Source: Ignavibacteriota bacterium (GTDB taxonomy: Bacteria > Bacteroidota > Ignavibacteria > UBA10030 > UBA6906). Taken from it: a DNA stretch of 64,000 bases. The stretch is from assembly GCA_963801355.1 (NCBI GenBank), contig CAWDEM010000008.1, positions 1,632,001 through 1,696,000 on the forward strand, given 5' to 3'. Shown piece after piece: positions 1 through 9,750 of the stretch (the first letter of the stretch is position 1; every line of letters begins with the position of its first letter). The translations under genes were made by a program, and so were the position numbers. A model generated the notes under the pieces. It did not search any database and was not told the origin of the DNA. It saw nothing but the letters and a program-made list of their open reading frames with translations.

Positions 1-1059
1 CTCCTGGAACACCTTCCACGCGCCTGCGGGCAGGAGCGCATCAGCACTTGTGATCCCCTGCTCCGCAACGAAAGAAGAGAGCTGACCGAGTGAAATGTTG
101 TCCTGCTCCCCCACGAAGAACTGCAGGATCTGTTCGATGCGGTCGAAATACTGCAGTGCGCCCGTCGCATGCGCCGACTCGACAAGCAACACCGCCATGA
201 TTGCCTGCATTTGCACGGCAGAGCCCGCGGGCGGCAGATCACTGCTGACCGGCGCGCTGCAATAGACTTCCGTGCGCCCGAGCCATATCATGGATTTGAA
301 ATAACTCCGGAGTATGGGGTCGTTCGCATAGTGTCCCCGGGGTTTAAACTGCGAGAAATCGATCAGTCGTGACTCCCCTTCGAACAGGGGGACCTTCAGG
401 GGACTCTCGCCGGTGATGTTGCGCAGCATCTCGAGGACGCGGGGAGCATTTTCCGGATACACCAGATCACCACCGTGCCCGAGGAGCTGCCGGGCAACTG
501 CGAGATAGAAATCCATGTCCCGCAATGGAACAGCCATCGCCGGCTGCGCAGCATACCTGGCTGCCAGCGCGGGGATACCTCCGTGGAGCCGCGTCAACAA
601 CGTATCGAGCGTGCCGATGAGAATCTTCAGTTCTGCGGTCTGGAGGATGTTGTCATACGACATGTGGAAGGCATGAAGAATGGCATCGGTGGTGACGACT
701 ACCGGCAGATCGGCGTGATACGCCTCCTGATAGGCCTCACCGATGGATTGCCGCCGCAACCGTTCGCTGACGACAAACCCGTGCTGACCGAGCAATGCCA
801 GTTCGTATGGTGTGAAATGGTAGACTGAATCAATCCGGGCGAAATACGGAGTCGACATGAAAGGAGCGGCCGACGCCCGGGCATTGAAAACGCCGGCGGG
901 ATGGAGTGCAAGAAGTTCCTCTTCAGACATGTCCTGGTGGCCGGCAAGGAACTGGCGATAGGCGTTCAGATCGAAGCTGTCCCCGTCCTGCGCGGAAACG
1001 CTCCCCCACGCAAGCACAAGCGTGCAGAGAAGCTGGACGGAGAACCTCGTTCTGTTCAT
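1..1059 (-). CDS. DUF3160 domain-containing secreted protein (runs off the window start)
   Basis: Not in the ORF track; translated by hand. ATG at 1059 with GGAGGT SD and signal peptide MNRTRFSVQLLCTLVLAWGSVSA. Motifs LPVVVTTDAILHAFH, IDFSQFKPRGHY and YFKSMIWLGR resemble DUF3160. Frame is open to position 1. Confidence 0.75.
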   Translation of the reverse strand, partial: MNRTRFSVQLLCTLVLAWGSVSAQDGDSFDLNAYRQFLAGHQDMSEEELLALHPAGVFNARASAAPFMSTPYFARIDSVYHFTPYELALLGQHGFVVSERLRRQSIGEAYQEAYHADLPVVVTTDAILHAFHMSYDNILQTAELKILIGTLDTLLTRLHGGIPALAARYAAQPAMAVPLRDMDFYLAVARQLLGHGGDLVYPENAPRVLEMLRNITGESPLKVPLFEGESRLIDFSQFKPRGHYANDPILRSYFKSMIWLGRTEVYCSAPVSSDLPPAGSAVQMQAIMAVLLVESAHATGALQYFDRIEQILQFFVGEQDNISLGQLSSFVAEQGITSADALLPAGAWKVFQE

Positions 1060-1089
1060 GAAATCACCTCCGGGGGGACGTATCGTTAA

Positions 1090-1158
1090 ATAATACCCAC
1101 CAAGGGCGAGAAATGCAACCATCCTGAACTTGCAGCACGGGCGGTTTTCTCGTATTTT
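1090..1158. promoter_or_regulatory. Back-to-back sigma70-like promoters
   Basis: Minus strand TTGCAT-N17-TATTAT (1118-1090); plus strand TTGCAG-N17-TATTTT (1130-1158); both lie between divergent genes. Confidence 0.5.
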
Positions 1159-1193
1159 GAACTGTTTTCACTCCCCGCACCCCGGCGAAAGTC

Positions 1194-4178
1194 ATGCAAA
1201 AAGAGAAACGGCTCAACATCGAGGATCTCGTCGACACGCGCATTCAGAGCTTCCAGAAGCTCATGCGCCATAAGGTCAGGGACATCCTCCTGGTCTCCAG
1301 TCTGTACGATCAGTACCTGTTCGAGGAGGACGGCCGCCTCTACGAATTGATCCGGCAGGAATTCCAGGTCCTGAACCTCAGCCACCCCCCCGAGCTCACG
1401 CATGTGACCAGCGGGAAGGAAGCGCTGGAGATGATGCTGTCGGGCGAAAAATTCGACCTGGTGATCACGACCCTGCACATTGAGGACGTGCATGCGATCA
1501 AATTGACGCACATGATGCGCGATGCCGGGATCCAGACGCCGGTTGTCCTTCTGGCCTATGACAACAAGGAGCGGAAGGAGCTGATGACAGGCTATGACAC
1601 GTCGATCTTCGAAAACATCTTTCTCTGGCAGGGAGACTATCGTCTCCTGATTGGCATTATCAAGCAGCTTGAAGACCGGCTCAACGTGGACAACGACACA
1701 CGCGCCGTCGGGGTGCAGTCCATCATCCTCGTCGAAGACAGCGTGCAATTCTACTCCATGTATCTCCCGCTCATCTACACGGAGATCCTCAACCAGTCGC
1801 AGCGCCTCATCTCCGAGGGGGTGAACATCACCCACCGGTTTCTCCGGATGCGCGCCCGTCCGAAGATTCTGCTCTGCACGAATTTCGAACAGGCGTGGGA
1901 GTACTATGAGCGCTATGGAGAGTACATACTCGGGATCATTTCTGATATCAACTTCAAGCGAAACGGTGTGAAGGATCCCGATGCGGGATTTCAATTTGCC
2001 GAACTCGTGCATCAGCGCCACGCGGACATTTCCATTCTCCTTCAATCCAGCAATCCCGACTACGAATCCAAAGCGCGGGCGATCGGCGCCAGCTTCCTCC
2101 TGAAAGGTTCACCGCGCCTGTTGCACAATCTGCGCAAATTCATGTTGGACAATTTTGGTTTTGGCGACTTCGTATTCCGGACGGCGTACGGGACTGAAGT
2201 CGGGAGGGCGACGGACCTCAAGACGCTGGAGGAACAGCTGCACGTTGTACCGGACGAAACGGTCGTCTTCCATGCGTCGCGAAACCATTTTTCCAACTGG
2301 CTCAAGGCACGCACGGAATTCGGCCTCGCCCACCACCTCCGGCCGCACAAAGTCAGCGATTTTGCCACCGTGAACGACCTGCGCCAGGAGCTGATCCGCG
2401 CGCTCCGTTCGTACCAGGAAACACGGCAACGCGGCGTCATTACGGAATTCAACAGGGAGACCTTCAATCCTCAGAACGGCTTTGCCCGCGTTGGCGGCGG
2501 CTCGCTCGGTGGCAAGGCGCGCGGGCTGGGCTTCATCAATACGCTGATCAGCCGGTATGCGGTCCGCAACCATTTTGCCGACGTGGAAATCACCGTCCCG
2601 TCCGCGGTCGTCGTCGCCACCGATGTCTTCGATCGATTCCTTGCGGACAATAATCTTGAGGCCTTCGCCCTCAGCACGCGCGACGACCGGGAACTTCACG
2701 CCCGCTTCAAAGATGCACCCCACTTCCCCCAGGATGTCGTCAAGAAGCTGTCGGACTTTCTTGAAATCGTCCGGGGCCCGCTCGCCGTGCGTTCGTCAAG
2801 CGTGCTCGAAGATTCCCAGTACCAGCCGTTCGCGGGTGTGTACGCCACGTTCATGATTCCGAACAATAATCCGGACCACAACATCCGCCTCCGCGAATTG
2901 ATGGAGAGCATCAAGCTGGTCTACGCCTCAACGTTTGCACAACGGTCCAAGGACTACATGAAGGCCACCGCCTACCGGCTGGAAGAGGAAAAGATGGCAG
3001 TTGTTGTGCAGCGGATGGTCGGCGCCGCGCGGAACACCAGGTTTTATCCTGACTTCGCCGGCGTGGCGAAGTCCTACAACTTCTACCCCGTCCCCCCGCA
3101 GAACGCCACCGACGGCATTGTGCAGGCCGTTCTCGGTCTCGGGAGAATGGTGGTCGACGGGGGGAACGCCGTACGCTTCTGTCCGCGCTATCCGCGCCAC
3201 CTCATGCAGTTCTTTTCTGCACGCGAAACAGTCCGGAATGCCCAGCAGGAGTTCCTGGCGCTTGACCTTCCCGAAGGGCTGAACAATCCGGTGCCTGATG
3301 AGCCGGATATTTTCATCAAGCGATACGATCTGGTCGCAGCCGAGGAAGATCAGACTCTCACGGCCGTGGGATCCACCTATTCGCCCGAAAACGACACCGT
3401 CTATGACGGCATCTCAAGACCGGGAAGACGCGTGGTAACATTCGCACCGATCCTGAAGCACCGGGTCTTCCCTTTGCCGGAAATCCTCGAACTGATTCTC
3501 GAGTTGGGCACATGGGGAATGGGAACGCAGGTGGAAATCGAGTGGGCGGTGAACCTCAAGGTCCCGCAGGGTGCACTGAAGGAGTTCGCGCTCCTGCAAA
3601 TCCGGCCGCTCGTGCTCAGCCTGGAGCGTGAGGAGCTGAACGTGGATATTGATGATGCCGGAGCGTTGATCTGCCGCAGCGAGCAGGTGCTCGGCAACGG
3701 TGTCTTCGACAACATCCACGACATTGTCGTTGTCGACGTGCAGACATTCGACCGTTCGAAGAGCATGGAGGTCGTGGAAGAAATCAGCACGATCAACGCG
3801 CGGCTGACAGCTGAACGGCGCCCCTACGTGATCATCGGCGTCGGCCGCTGGGGAAGCATGGATCCGTGGCTGGGCATTCCTGTGACGTGGGACCAGATTG
3901 CGGGGGCATGCGTCATCATCGAATCGGGCTTCAAGGATATGTTCGTCACCCCTTCGCAGGGATCGCATTTCTTTCAGAACATCACTTCGTTCCGTGTCGG
4001 CTATTTCACCGTCAATTCCACGATGCCGTCATCATTTATCGATTGGGAATGGCTCCGGGCACAACAGGCGGAAGAGGAATTCCGCTTCACGAGGCACTTG
4101 AGGTTCTCCGAAGGCATCACGGTGAGGATCAACGGGCACAAGAGTCAGGGTGTGGTATTCAAGCCGGGGAACGCGTAG
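1194..4178 (+). CDS. Receiver-domain + PEP/pyruvate-binding (PPDK_N ATP-grasp) domain protein, PEP-synthase-like
   Basis: 994 aa. Two REC-like regions (second has IILVEDS..IISDIN..LLKG); ATP-grasp motifs GGGSLGGKARGL, PLAVRSSSVLEDS..FAGVY, MAVVVQ, IEWAV, LLQIRP; C-terminal GRWGS..SQGSHFFQN. Confidence 0.8.
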   Translation: MQKEKRLNIEDLVDTRIQSFQKLMRHKVRDILLVSSLYDQYLFEEDGRLYELIRQEFQVLNLSHPPELTHVTSGKEALEMMLSGEKFDLVITTLHIEDVHAIKLTHMMRDAGIQTPVVLLAYDNKERKELMTGYDTSIFENIFLWQGDYRLLIGIIKQLEDRLNVDNDTRAVGVQSIILVEDSVQFYSMYLPLIYTEILNQSQRLISEGVNITHRFLRMRARPKILLCTNFEQAWEYYERYGEYILGIISDINFKRNGVKDPDAGFQFAELVHQRHADISILLQSSNPDYESKARAIGASFLLKGSPRLLHNLRKFMLDNFGFGDFVFRTAYGTEVGRATDLKTLEEQLHVVPDETVVFHASRNHFSNWLKARTEFGLAHHLRPHKVSDFATVNDLRQELIRALRSYQETRQRGVITEFNRETFNPQNGFARVGGGSLGGKARGLGFINTLISRYAVRNHFADVEITVPSAVVVATDVFDRFLADNNLEAFALSTRDDRELHARFKDAPHFPQDVVKKLSDFLEIVRGPLAVRSSSVLEDSQYQPFAGVYATFMIPNNNPDHNIRLRELMESIKLVYASTFAQRSKDYMKATAYRLEEEKMAVVVQRMVGAARNTRFYPDFAGVAKSYNFYPVPPQNATDGIVQAVLGLGRMVVDGGNAVRFCPRYPRHLMQFFSARETVRNAQQEFLALDLPEGLNNPVPDEPDIFIKRYDLVAAEEDQTLTAVGSTYSPENDTVYDGISRPGRRVVTFAPILKHRVFPLPEILELILELGTWGMGTQVEIEWAVNLKVPQGALKEFALLQIRPLVLSLEREELNVDIDDAGALICRSEQVLGNGVFDNIHDIVVVDVQTFDRSKSMEVVEEISTINARLTAERRPYVIIGVGRWGSMDPWLGIPVTWDQIAGACVIIESGFKDMFVTPSQGSHFFQNITSFRVGYFTVNSTMPSSFIDWEWLRAQQAEEEFRFTRHLRFSEGITVRINGHKSQGVVFKPGNA

Positions 4179-4190
4179 GCAGCAGACAGG

Positions 4191-4667
4191 CTATTGTTGA
4201 AAGGTGCCGACCACGCTCGCAGAGCCCAGCACATGGCCGCGCATTGCGGCGCTGCACTCGGCAAGCGTTGCATACGGCCCGAGCGACAGCGCAGGGATAT
4301 CGAGGGCGTGTATGGTGATTTCATACTCATGGACGCCTGAACCGCGCGGAGGGTTCGGCCCTCCGTACCCGTTCTCGCCGTAGGAATTCCGGAGTTCCAT
4401 GCTGTCAACGGGGAGCCCCCGGTGCATTCCCGAAGCGGATTCCGGTATTGCGCGCACCGCCGCAGGTATGTTGACCACAAACCAGTGGACCCAGTTGTGC
4501 GCAACCGGGTGCCGGTCAATGATGGAAAGCGCAAACGACTGTGCCCCCGGCGGAACATCGGTCCACTCCACCCCCGGCGACACATTCTGCCCCCCCTTGA
4601 CTGCACGATGCGCGCACTTTGTCGGCAGATACTTGTCACTGAGCAGAGCCGGGCAGAGGACTCTCAC
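4191..4667 (-). CDS. YbhB/YbcL family (PEBP/Raf kinase inhibitor-like) protein
   Basis: NVSPGVEW..P..AQSFAL..D, WVHW.V.NIP, N.YG..GYGGP.PP.G.G.H.Y..IHALD; GTGA overlap with the upstream gene. Confidence 0.9.
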   Translation of the reverse strand: MRVLCPALLSDKYLPTKCAHRAVKGGQNVSPGVEWTDVPPGAQSFALSIIDRHPVAHNWVHWFVVNIPAAVRAIPESASGMHRGLPVDSMELRNSYGENGYGGPNPPRGSGVHEYEITIHALDIPALSLGPYATLAECSAAMRGHVLGSASVVGTFQQ

Positions 4668-5119
4668 TTTGGTGTCCTTTCCGAAGCGGACTTAGTTCTC
4701 ACCGGAACATCGGCGGCACTTTTGCCGATCATGGCATTCCGGATCTCCCTCCGGATCTCGTGCATCTCCACGCGTCCCTTCCGGAGGTACCGGACTCCGC
4801 GTGACTGCAGATCCATGACCTCGCGCTGCCCCAGATCCCTGCCGGTAATCACGATAACCGGAACGTCCTTCGTCTCCGGAGCGCTCCGCAGGTCGTTGAT
4901 GAATTCCAGGCCTCCCTTCCGGCGAAGGGCAAGGTCCATCAAAATAACCCCGGGTTTCAATTCCTTCACGGCGGTGACAATATCTTCCCCCGTAATGGGA
5001 AACTGAACGCCATTGTACCCATCGTCTTCAACTATGAACTTGAGGAGATTGGAGAAGTCGATGCTGTCTTCCACAATGAGGACGGATTTCTTCTCTTCAG
5101 ATTTTGCAGTTTTTCCCAT
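4664..5119 (-). CDS. Single-domain response regulator
   Basis: LIVEDS, ILMDLAL (phospho-Asp), PVIVITG, YLRKG; no output domain. Confidence 0.85.
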   Translation of the reverse strand: MGKTAKSEEKKSVLIVEDSIDFSNLLKFIVEDDGYNGVQFPITGEDIVTAVKELKPGVILMDLALRRKGGLEFINDLRSAPETKDVPVIVITGRDLGQREVMDLQSRGVRYLRKGRVEMHEIRREIRNAMIGKSAADVPVRTKSASERTPK

Positions 5120-5205
5120 AGGGCGCCGGTGTGTGCGAGCGGTCTATCCTGAGGCAGGAAAGCTGAGTAAAGATACGCCAAAGGGTGCAATAAAGCAACA
5201 CAGGC

Positions 5206-5234
5206 TTGCACAAACGCAGGATTCTTTGTATCAT
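5206..5234 (+). promoter_or_regulatory. Sigma70-like promoter
   Basis: TTGCAC-N17-TATCAT upstream of the lipoprotein gene. Confidence 0.5.
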
Positions 5235-5282
5235 TTGTCACTTTTTCGACTTTTCATCATCATGAAGGAGACAATTCCGTTG

Positions 5283-5744
5283 GTGCACTCACGCATGACA
5301 ATTCTCGTTTTGGCGGCACTCGCACTCAGTCTCCCGGCCTGCTCCTCCCTGACACTGGAACACGTGAACTACGGTTGGCCGGTCGAGAGTCCTCTCACGG
5401 TGAGCGCCGCAAACACCGTCGAAGATGTGCGCTACGCCCTCATGTTCCCCGTGGGCGGGCTGGCAATGGCGGAATTCGCGGATTCCACGGCATTGCGCGG
5501 CATGACCCTCCGGGTCATTCGGAACCACGAAGGATTCTATTTCATCACGGGCCCCGGATTCAAGCATGTCTATGTCTTTACCGCGGGCACGGGAACACTC
5601 GTGCAATCGTCGGCCATTGATGTGAGCGAGACCGGCCTTGTCTCGCCCGCGCTCAATCTCCGTCCGCCGTATGTTGAACTCATCGACGGCGGGTCCAATT
5701 CACGCATGCTCACATCGTCGGACATCGTCGAAGGAAAGAAATAA
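5283..5744 (+). CDS. Hypothetical lipoprotein
   Basis: AAGGAG SD at 5265-5270; hydrophobic leader with lipobox-like LSLPAC. Start could be 5262, 5280, 5283 or 5295. TAATG overlap with the next gene. Confidence 0.65.
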   Translation: MHSRMTILVLAALALSLPACSSLTLEHVNYGWPVESPLTVSAANTVEDVRYALMFPVGGLAMAEFADSTALRGMTLRVIRNHEGFYFITGPGFKHVYVFTAGTGTLVQSSAIDVSETGLVSPALNLRPPYVELIDGGSNSRMLTSSDIVEGKK

Positions 5745-7003
5745 TGGGCCGCCCCGCACTCTGCACACTCGCGTTCATCCTATTTCTCTTCCCCTTCCTG
5801 ACTGTTCCGGCGCAGGAATCCGACTTCGCAGTCAAACGTGATTTTGAAGATCGCGCCGCGCTCATCAGAACGCACATCGATGCTGCAGTCAGCACCGCAC
5901 AGCTGGACTCCCTCAAGAACGCGATCGACGGCTTCGAGATAGATTTCCAGCCGCACACCGATTTTCTGGACAAAGCTCTCTACCCGGAAACGTTCGCCAG
6001 CAGAATGAAGGAAATGCGGGAGCGGCATGAACGGACGCTTCTCCGGCTCCGCACAATCGAATTACAGGGGACACGGATGGCAGAGATGGAAGGAGCCATC
6101 CAGGTTCTCACCTATCGCCTGGATACTCTCTCCGCCGAACGTGACAAGCTTTTCGCCGACCTGAAGGAAAACAAAACGAACGTGACGGCGTTGCGGGAGA
6201 CCGTTCGCCGCCTTCAGAACATGCTCCAGATGCGCGACAAGCTCATCTTCGCTCTCGTGGATTCGATCTTCATGCCCTACGGCAAGGATCTGGCGACTCT
6301 GAATGACGTCCAGCGGGATGCGCTCTCCACAAAACTGTCGGACAATAATCTCGTCAACCGCATTTACTCCATAGCCGCGGACAACATACGGTTCCTCGGT
6401 GCGACCGAACTGCAGGGGAAAGACTATGCCGCCCTGCTTGATCATTACCGCCAGTTTGAGGGGCGCTGGAAAGGCTTGAGCGATAAGATTCAATCGGTTA
6501 CCGTCGCCGGGCTGACACCCGGTGCTGCGAGGAAATCCCCCCAGGAACGCGCGGGATCCATCACCCCCCCCTCACAACCGGTCGGTGTGGCCCAGGCCCA
6601 ACAGGTCGATTCGCTCCTCGGAGAATGGAATACCAGGCTGCAGAGATCCTTCTGGTCTGCCGTTGAGCGGGAGTTCACCTCCCGGCAGATACAGATCATG
6701 CCTTTCTCTGACGCGCCCGGTTTTTCGGCCTCAATCAGGGCCTACGTCCAGTCACTACAGGCCAGCGGCGATGATCCGTCGGTATTCGTGGATGAGATCT
6801 GGAAAACCAAGATCGACAAGGAGTGGCGGGAAGCGCTGACGCGCGATGGTATGCTCGGGAAGGAAGAATACGCCGCACTTGACAAACAGGTCAGCGAACT
6901 CGCCAAGACGAAGTTTGACCTGAAATTTGTGCTCTACGCAGGCATCATCGGCCTGGTGGCACTCGTTCTCTGGTGGTTGCTCGCAAAGAAGCCCAAAACA
7001 TGA
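5744..7003 (+). CDS. Hypothetical periplasmic coiled-coil protein with C-terminal membrane anchor
   Basis: Signal peptide, heptad-rich helical core, C-terminal TM (FVLYAGIIGLVALVLWWLL) followed by basic tail AKKPKT. Confidence 0.7.
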   Translation: MGRPALCTLAFILFLFPFLTVPAQESDFAVKRDFEDRAALIRTHIDAAVSTAQLDSLKNAIDGFEIDFQPHTDFLDKALYPETFASRMKEMRERHERTLLRLRTIELQGTRMAEMEGAIQVLTYRLDTLSAERDKLFADLKENKTNVTALRETVRRLQNMLQMRDKLIFALVDSIFMPYGKDLATLNDVQRDALSTKLSDNNLVNRIYSIAADNIRFLGATELQGKDYAALLDHYRQFEGRWKGLSDKIQSVTVAGLTPGAARKSPQERAGSITPPSQPVGVAQAQQVDSLLGEWNTRLQRSFWSAVEREFTSRQIQIMPFSDAPGFSASIRAYVQSLQASGDDPSVFVDEIWKTKIDKEWREALTRDGMLGKEEYAALDKQVSELAKTKFDLKFVLYAGIIGLVALVLWWLLAKKPKT

Positions 7004-7019
7004 AAGAAGGGCACCCCAT

Positions 7020-8444
7020 CTACCTCGTGTACATCCCAATCACCCTCTCGATTGCCGCGCTGCATATCGGATCAAAATCCACTGTGCTGAGTGAGAACAT
7101 GCGGCAATCGAGTGACGGACGGTACAACCCCTTCGCCACGTATCCGGCACCTTCAAACGCACCGACCTTCCCGGCCAGCTCCGCATTCTTGAGGATCTGT
7201 TGTGATGCCTTCATGAGGGGTTCTCGCTTGGTGTAGTAGTCCGGCGCCAGCCGGTCAAGCTTGCCCCGTTCGGCCTCAAGGCTGTCATACGCCTGCTTGC
7301 TCCAGTTCGTCGGCAGTGAGATGCCCGGTGTCAGGAACTCTTTCCATTTGATGTTCTTCTTGTCGAGCAGCGCCGTGATGTTGGGTTCCCACGGTTCAAT
7401 CCCCGCTGGATAGAAATCGTTGTAGGCAGTTGACGATCCATAGTATTCGTCTCCGAGCCCGGCGAACGCATGGCCGAATTCATGCACATAGACGTAGTCC
7501 ATCTGCCATCGCTGATCTGCCTTTTCCTCATTTGTGTATGTCGTGGTATAGAGATTGAGGATGCCACCGCCGCCGTAACGCGTGTCATTCACCAGGATGC
7601 AGAGGCAATCGTACGGGGCCGAGGCCGCGATGTCACGCAGCTTGCGGTTGTCCGCAATCAATACGTACCGGGCCGATCCAAACGTATTGTACTGTGATCC
7701 CAGGGCATTCCGCTTCCAGATATTCTTGTCCGGTATGTCAATTCCCGTCTCATCGGACTGCACTTCGATCGTCCAGACGTTGAAGTCTTTCTTGTGGTTG
7801 CTGAAGGGCTTGGTGCTGAACATGACACTATTGAAATGCTCGGCGTCTTTGCGGAATTTTTCCATATCCTCTTTGGCGTAGCCGTCGCCAAGGATGAGAA
7901 TGTCGACCTTGCCGGACGACGGTCCGTTGGTCATGAGCGGGACGGCCCGGTAGGAGCCGGCGGCTATTTCTTTCTGAACCGCCGTCGGATCATCCGGATC
8001 GACGGTCAGAGAAAAGAGGTCATGAAACACCATGCGCTTATCGCGCCGGGCAATGGTCACCTGCACCTTCCTCTGTGGGTAAGGAAAGCGCACGGTTTCT
8101 TCAAATGTGCGGTAGGCACCGGCGACCGCTTCATCGGTGGTCTGCCACTCCTGAAACATTGACGAAAAGCCCCGGGAATACAGCAACATGTTCGTGCTCT
8201 GGTCGTAGACACGCACCAGGAATTCGCCGATGTTCAACGTATCCAGAAGCTGCGTGCGTGAACCCGGCCAGGGACCTTCCTGATACACCCGGTCCATGCT
8301 GAACTGCTCGACCCCCTTTGTCCCCGTATGATAGTAGTCGATCCGCATGGTGGCATCGGTGAAGTGACGGTCATAGGGAACCCCGGCATTCAACGACCAG
8401 GACGTTGCGAGAAGAAGTGCACAAAGGACGACAATCTGACGCAT
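7020..8444 (-). CDS. Peptidase M64 (IgA peptidase family) metalloprotease
   Basis: Signal peptide; VDILILGDGY, YGGGG, HEFGHAFAGLGDEY zinc motif, FEGAGY..GLYRP..DCRM. Confidence 0.9.
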   Translation of the reverse strand: MRQIVVLCALLLATSWSLNAGVPYDRHFTDATMRIDYYHTGTKGVEQFSMDRVYQEGPWPGSRTQLLDTLNIGEFLVRVYDQSTNMLLYSRGFSSMFQEWQTTDEAVAGAYRTFEETVRFPYPQRKVQVTIARRDKRMVFHDLFSLTVDPDDPTAVQKEIAAGSYRAVPLMTNGPSSGKVDILILGDGYAKEDMEKFRKDAEHFNSVMFSTKPFSNHKKDFNVWTIEVQSDETGIDIPDKNIWKRNALGSQYNTFGSARYVLIADNRKLRDIAASAPYDCLCILVNDTRYGGGGILNLYTTTYTNEEKADQRWQMDYVYVHEFGHAFAGLGDEYYGSSTAYNDFYPAGIEPWEPNITALLDKKNIKWKEFLTPGISLPTNWSKQAYDSLEAERGKLDRLAPDYYTKREPLMKASQQILKNAELAGKVGAFEGAGYVAKGLYRPSLDCRMFSLSTVDFDPICSAAIERVIGMYTR

Positions 8445-8499
8445 GGATCACCTCCAAGAGATGTGTCGAGAGCAACCTGTTATTGTCTGGTATACGAAA

Positions 8500-9669
8500 T
8501 TATCTGCCGAAGAAGAACCGCAGGATCTCCGGGGTACGTTCGCGCCAGCTCGCCCAATCGTGCCCGTCGTGCACTTCGCGGTAGCGGACAGTAACACCGT
8601 CACGGGCGAGTTCCTCGCTGAATTCCCGGTTCTGCACCGGAAAATCATATTCGTCGGTTTGTATGTCGTACCGACCGCAATCGATCCACACCTTCATGGT
8701 CGGCGGAAGCGGTGTCGACTGCCGGCGCGCGGCAAGTGCGGTCCGGAGAATGGGGGTGATCGTGGACGATTGACCGGCGACGCGGTGAAAACAATCGGGA
8801 CGCACAATGGCCATCGTCAATGCAATGTGTCCGCCGCTCGAGATTCCCATCACGCCCCGATGCTCGGGCATTCGCGAGGTGCGATAGACACTGTCGATGA
8901 GAGGCACCAGTTCGTCACAGAAGGCGGCGATGTATTCGGGAGTCGCCAGACCGATGTACTCCCGTTCCCTCTCGACGGGCGGCACGAACACGCCGATGAT
9001 CGGCGGAAGCTGACCGTCGGCAATCAGATTGTCAATGACGGTGGCAAAGGCCGCGTAGCGGAATGCCGATACCCCATCGTGAACATACACCACCGGCAGA
9101 TTGCTCAGGCTCCTGTAACCGGGCGGCAGATAGACGGTCACACTCCGCGGCTTGATACGGGAATCCCTGCTGGCGAAGATCAGCGTGTCCACGGACCCGT
9201 GTCTGATGCCCTCACGCCTGACCGAAAGCAGAGACATCCGGAACCCGGGCATAACGGCCTCGGAGTTCTGAAAGTCGCCGGGAGGTGTCACCCTGCGGTT
9301 TGCCGGATCGAGCTGATAGACACCGTTCACAATGAATTTGTACTCGAGGCGCGAATCCGGCGGCACCGTGTATGAGCGGTAGAAGAACTTCGGGGAGCCC
9401 GCGGTGTCCCCGCAGGGAATGGCCAGGAGGCGCTCAGGCGAGCGCCACCCCTTTTGCAGCGAGCCGTTGACGAGCACCGAATCCGCGCGCCCGAACCAGA
9501 CGAAATGCAGCAGCGAGTCCTGCTCCACCAACGGCGTCCGGCGTCCCGCAAGAACCGCCGTCGCAAGTGCGGCGCGGTCCCGCACGGGCGCGCGCTCAAG
9601 TCCCTTCACGAAATCCGGAAAGAGTTGTTGACCCTGCAGAAGCAGGGCAACTAGAACTGCATACGTCAT
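8500..9669 (-). CDS. Enterochelin esterase (Fes)-like alpha/beta hydrolase with N-terminal Ig/CBM48-like domain
   Basis: LEYKFIVNG..LDPAN, VYLPPGY, PVVYVHDG, nucleophile GISSGG, GHDWASW. Confidence 0.8.
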   Translation of the reverse strand: MTYAVLVALLLQGQQLFPDFVKGLERAPVRDRAALATAVLAGRRTPLVEQDSLLHFVWFGRADSVLVNGSLQKGWRSPERLLAIPCGDTAGSPKFFYRSYTVPPDSRLEYKFIVNGVYQLDPANRRVTPPGDFQNSEAVMPGFRMSLLSVRREGIRHGSVDTLIFASRDSRIKPRSVTVYLPPGYRSLSNLPVVYVHDGVSAFRYAAFATVIDNLIADGQLPPIIGVFVPPVEREREYIGLATPEYIAAFCDELVPLIDSVYRTSRMPEHRGVMGISSGGHIALTMAIVRPDCFHRVAGQSSTITPILRTALAARRQSTPLPPTMKVWIDCGRYDIQTDEYDFPVQNREFSEELARDGVTVRYREVHDGHDWASWRERTPEILRFFFGR

Positions 9670-9750
9670 GAGAGAACCCTTTACATCACCGGGAGATCAC
9701 AGGCCCGGGACAAACGCCGGCGGACGGTCTGTTGGGCCATCGAGCACGGT

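Noticed and set aside
1194-4178. Calling this ppsA or ppdK
   Set aside because: No PEP/pyruvate TIM-barrel domain is visible and it has N-terminal receivers, so no symbol was assigned.
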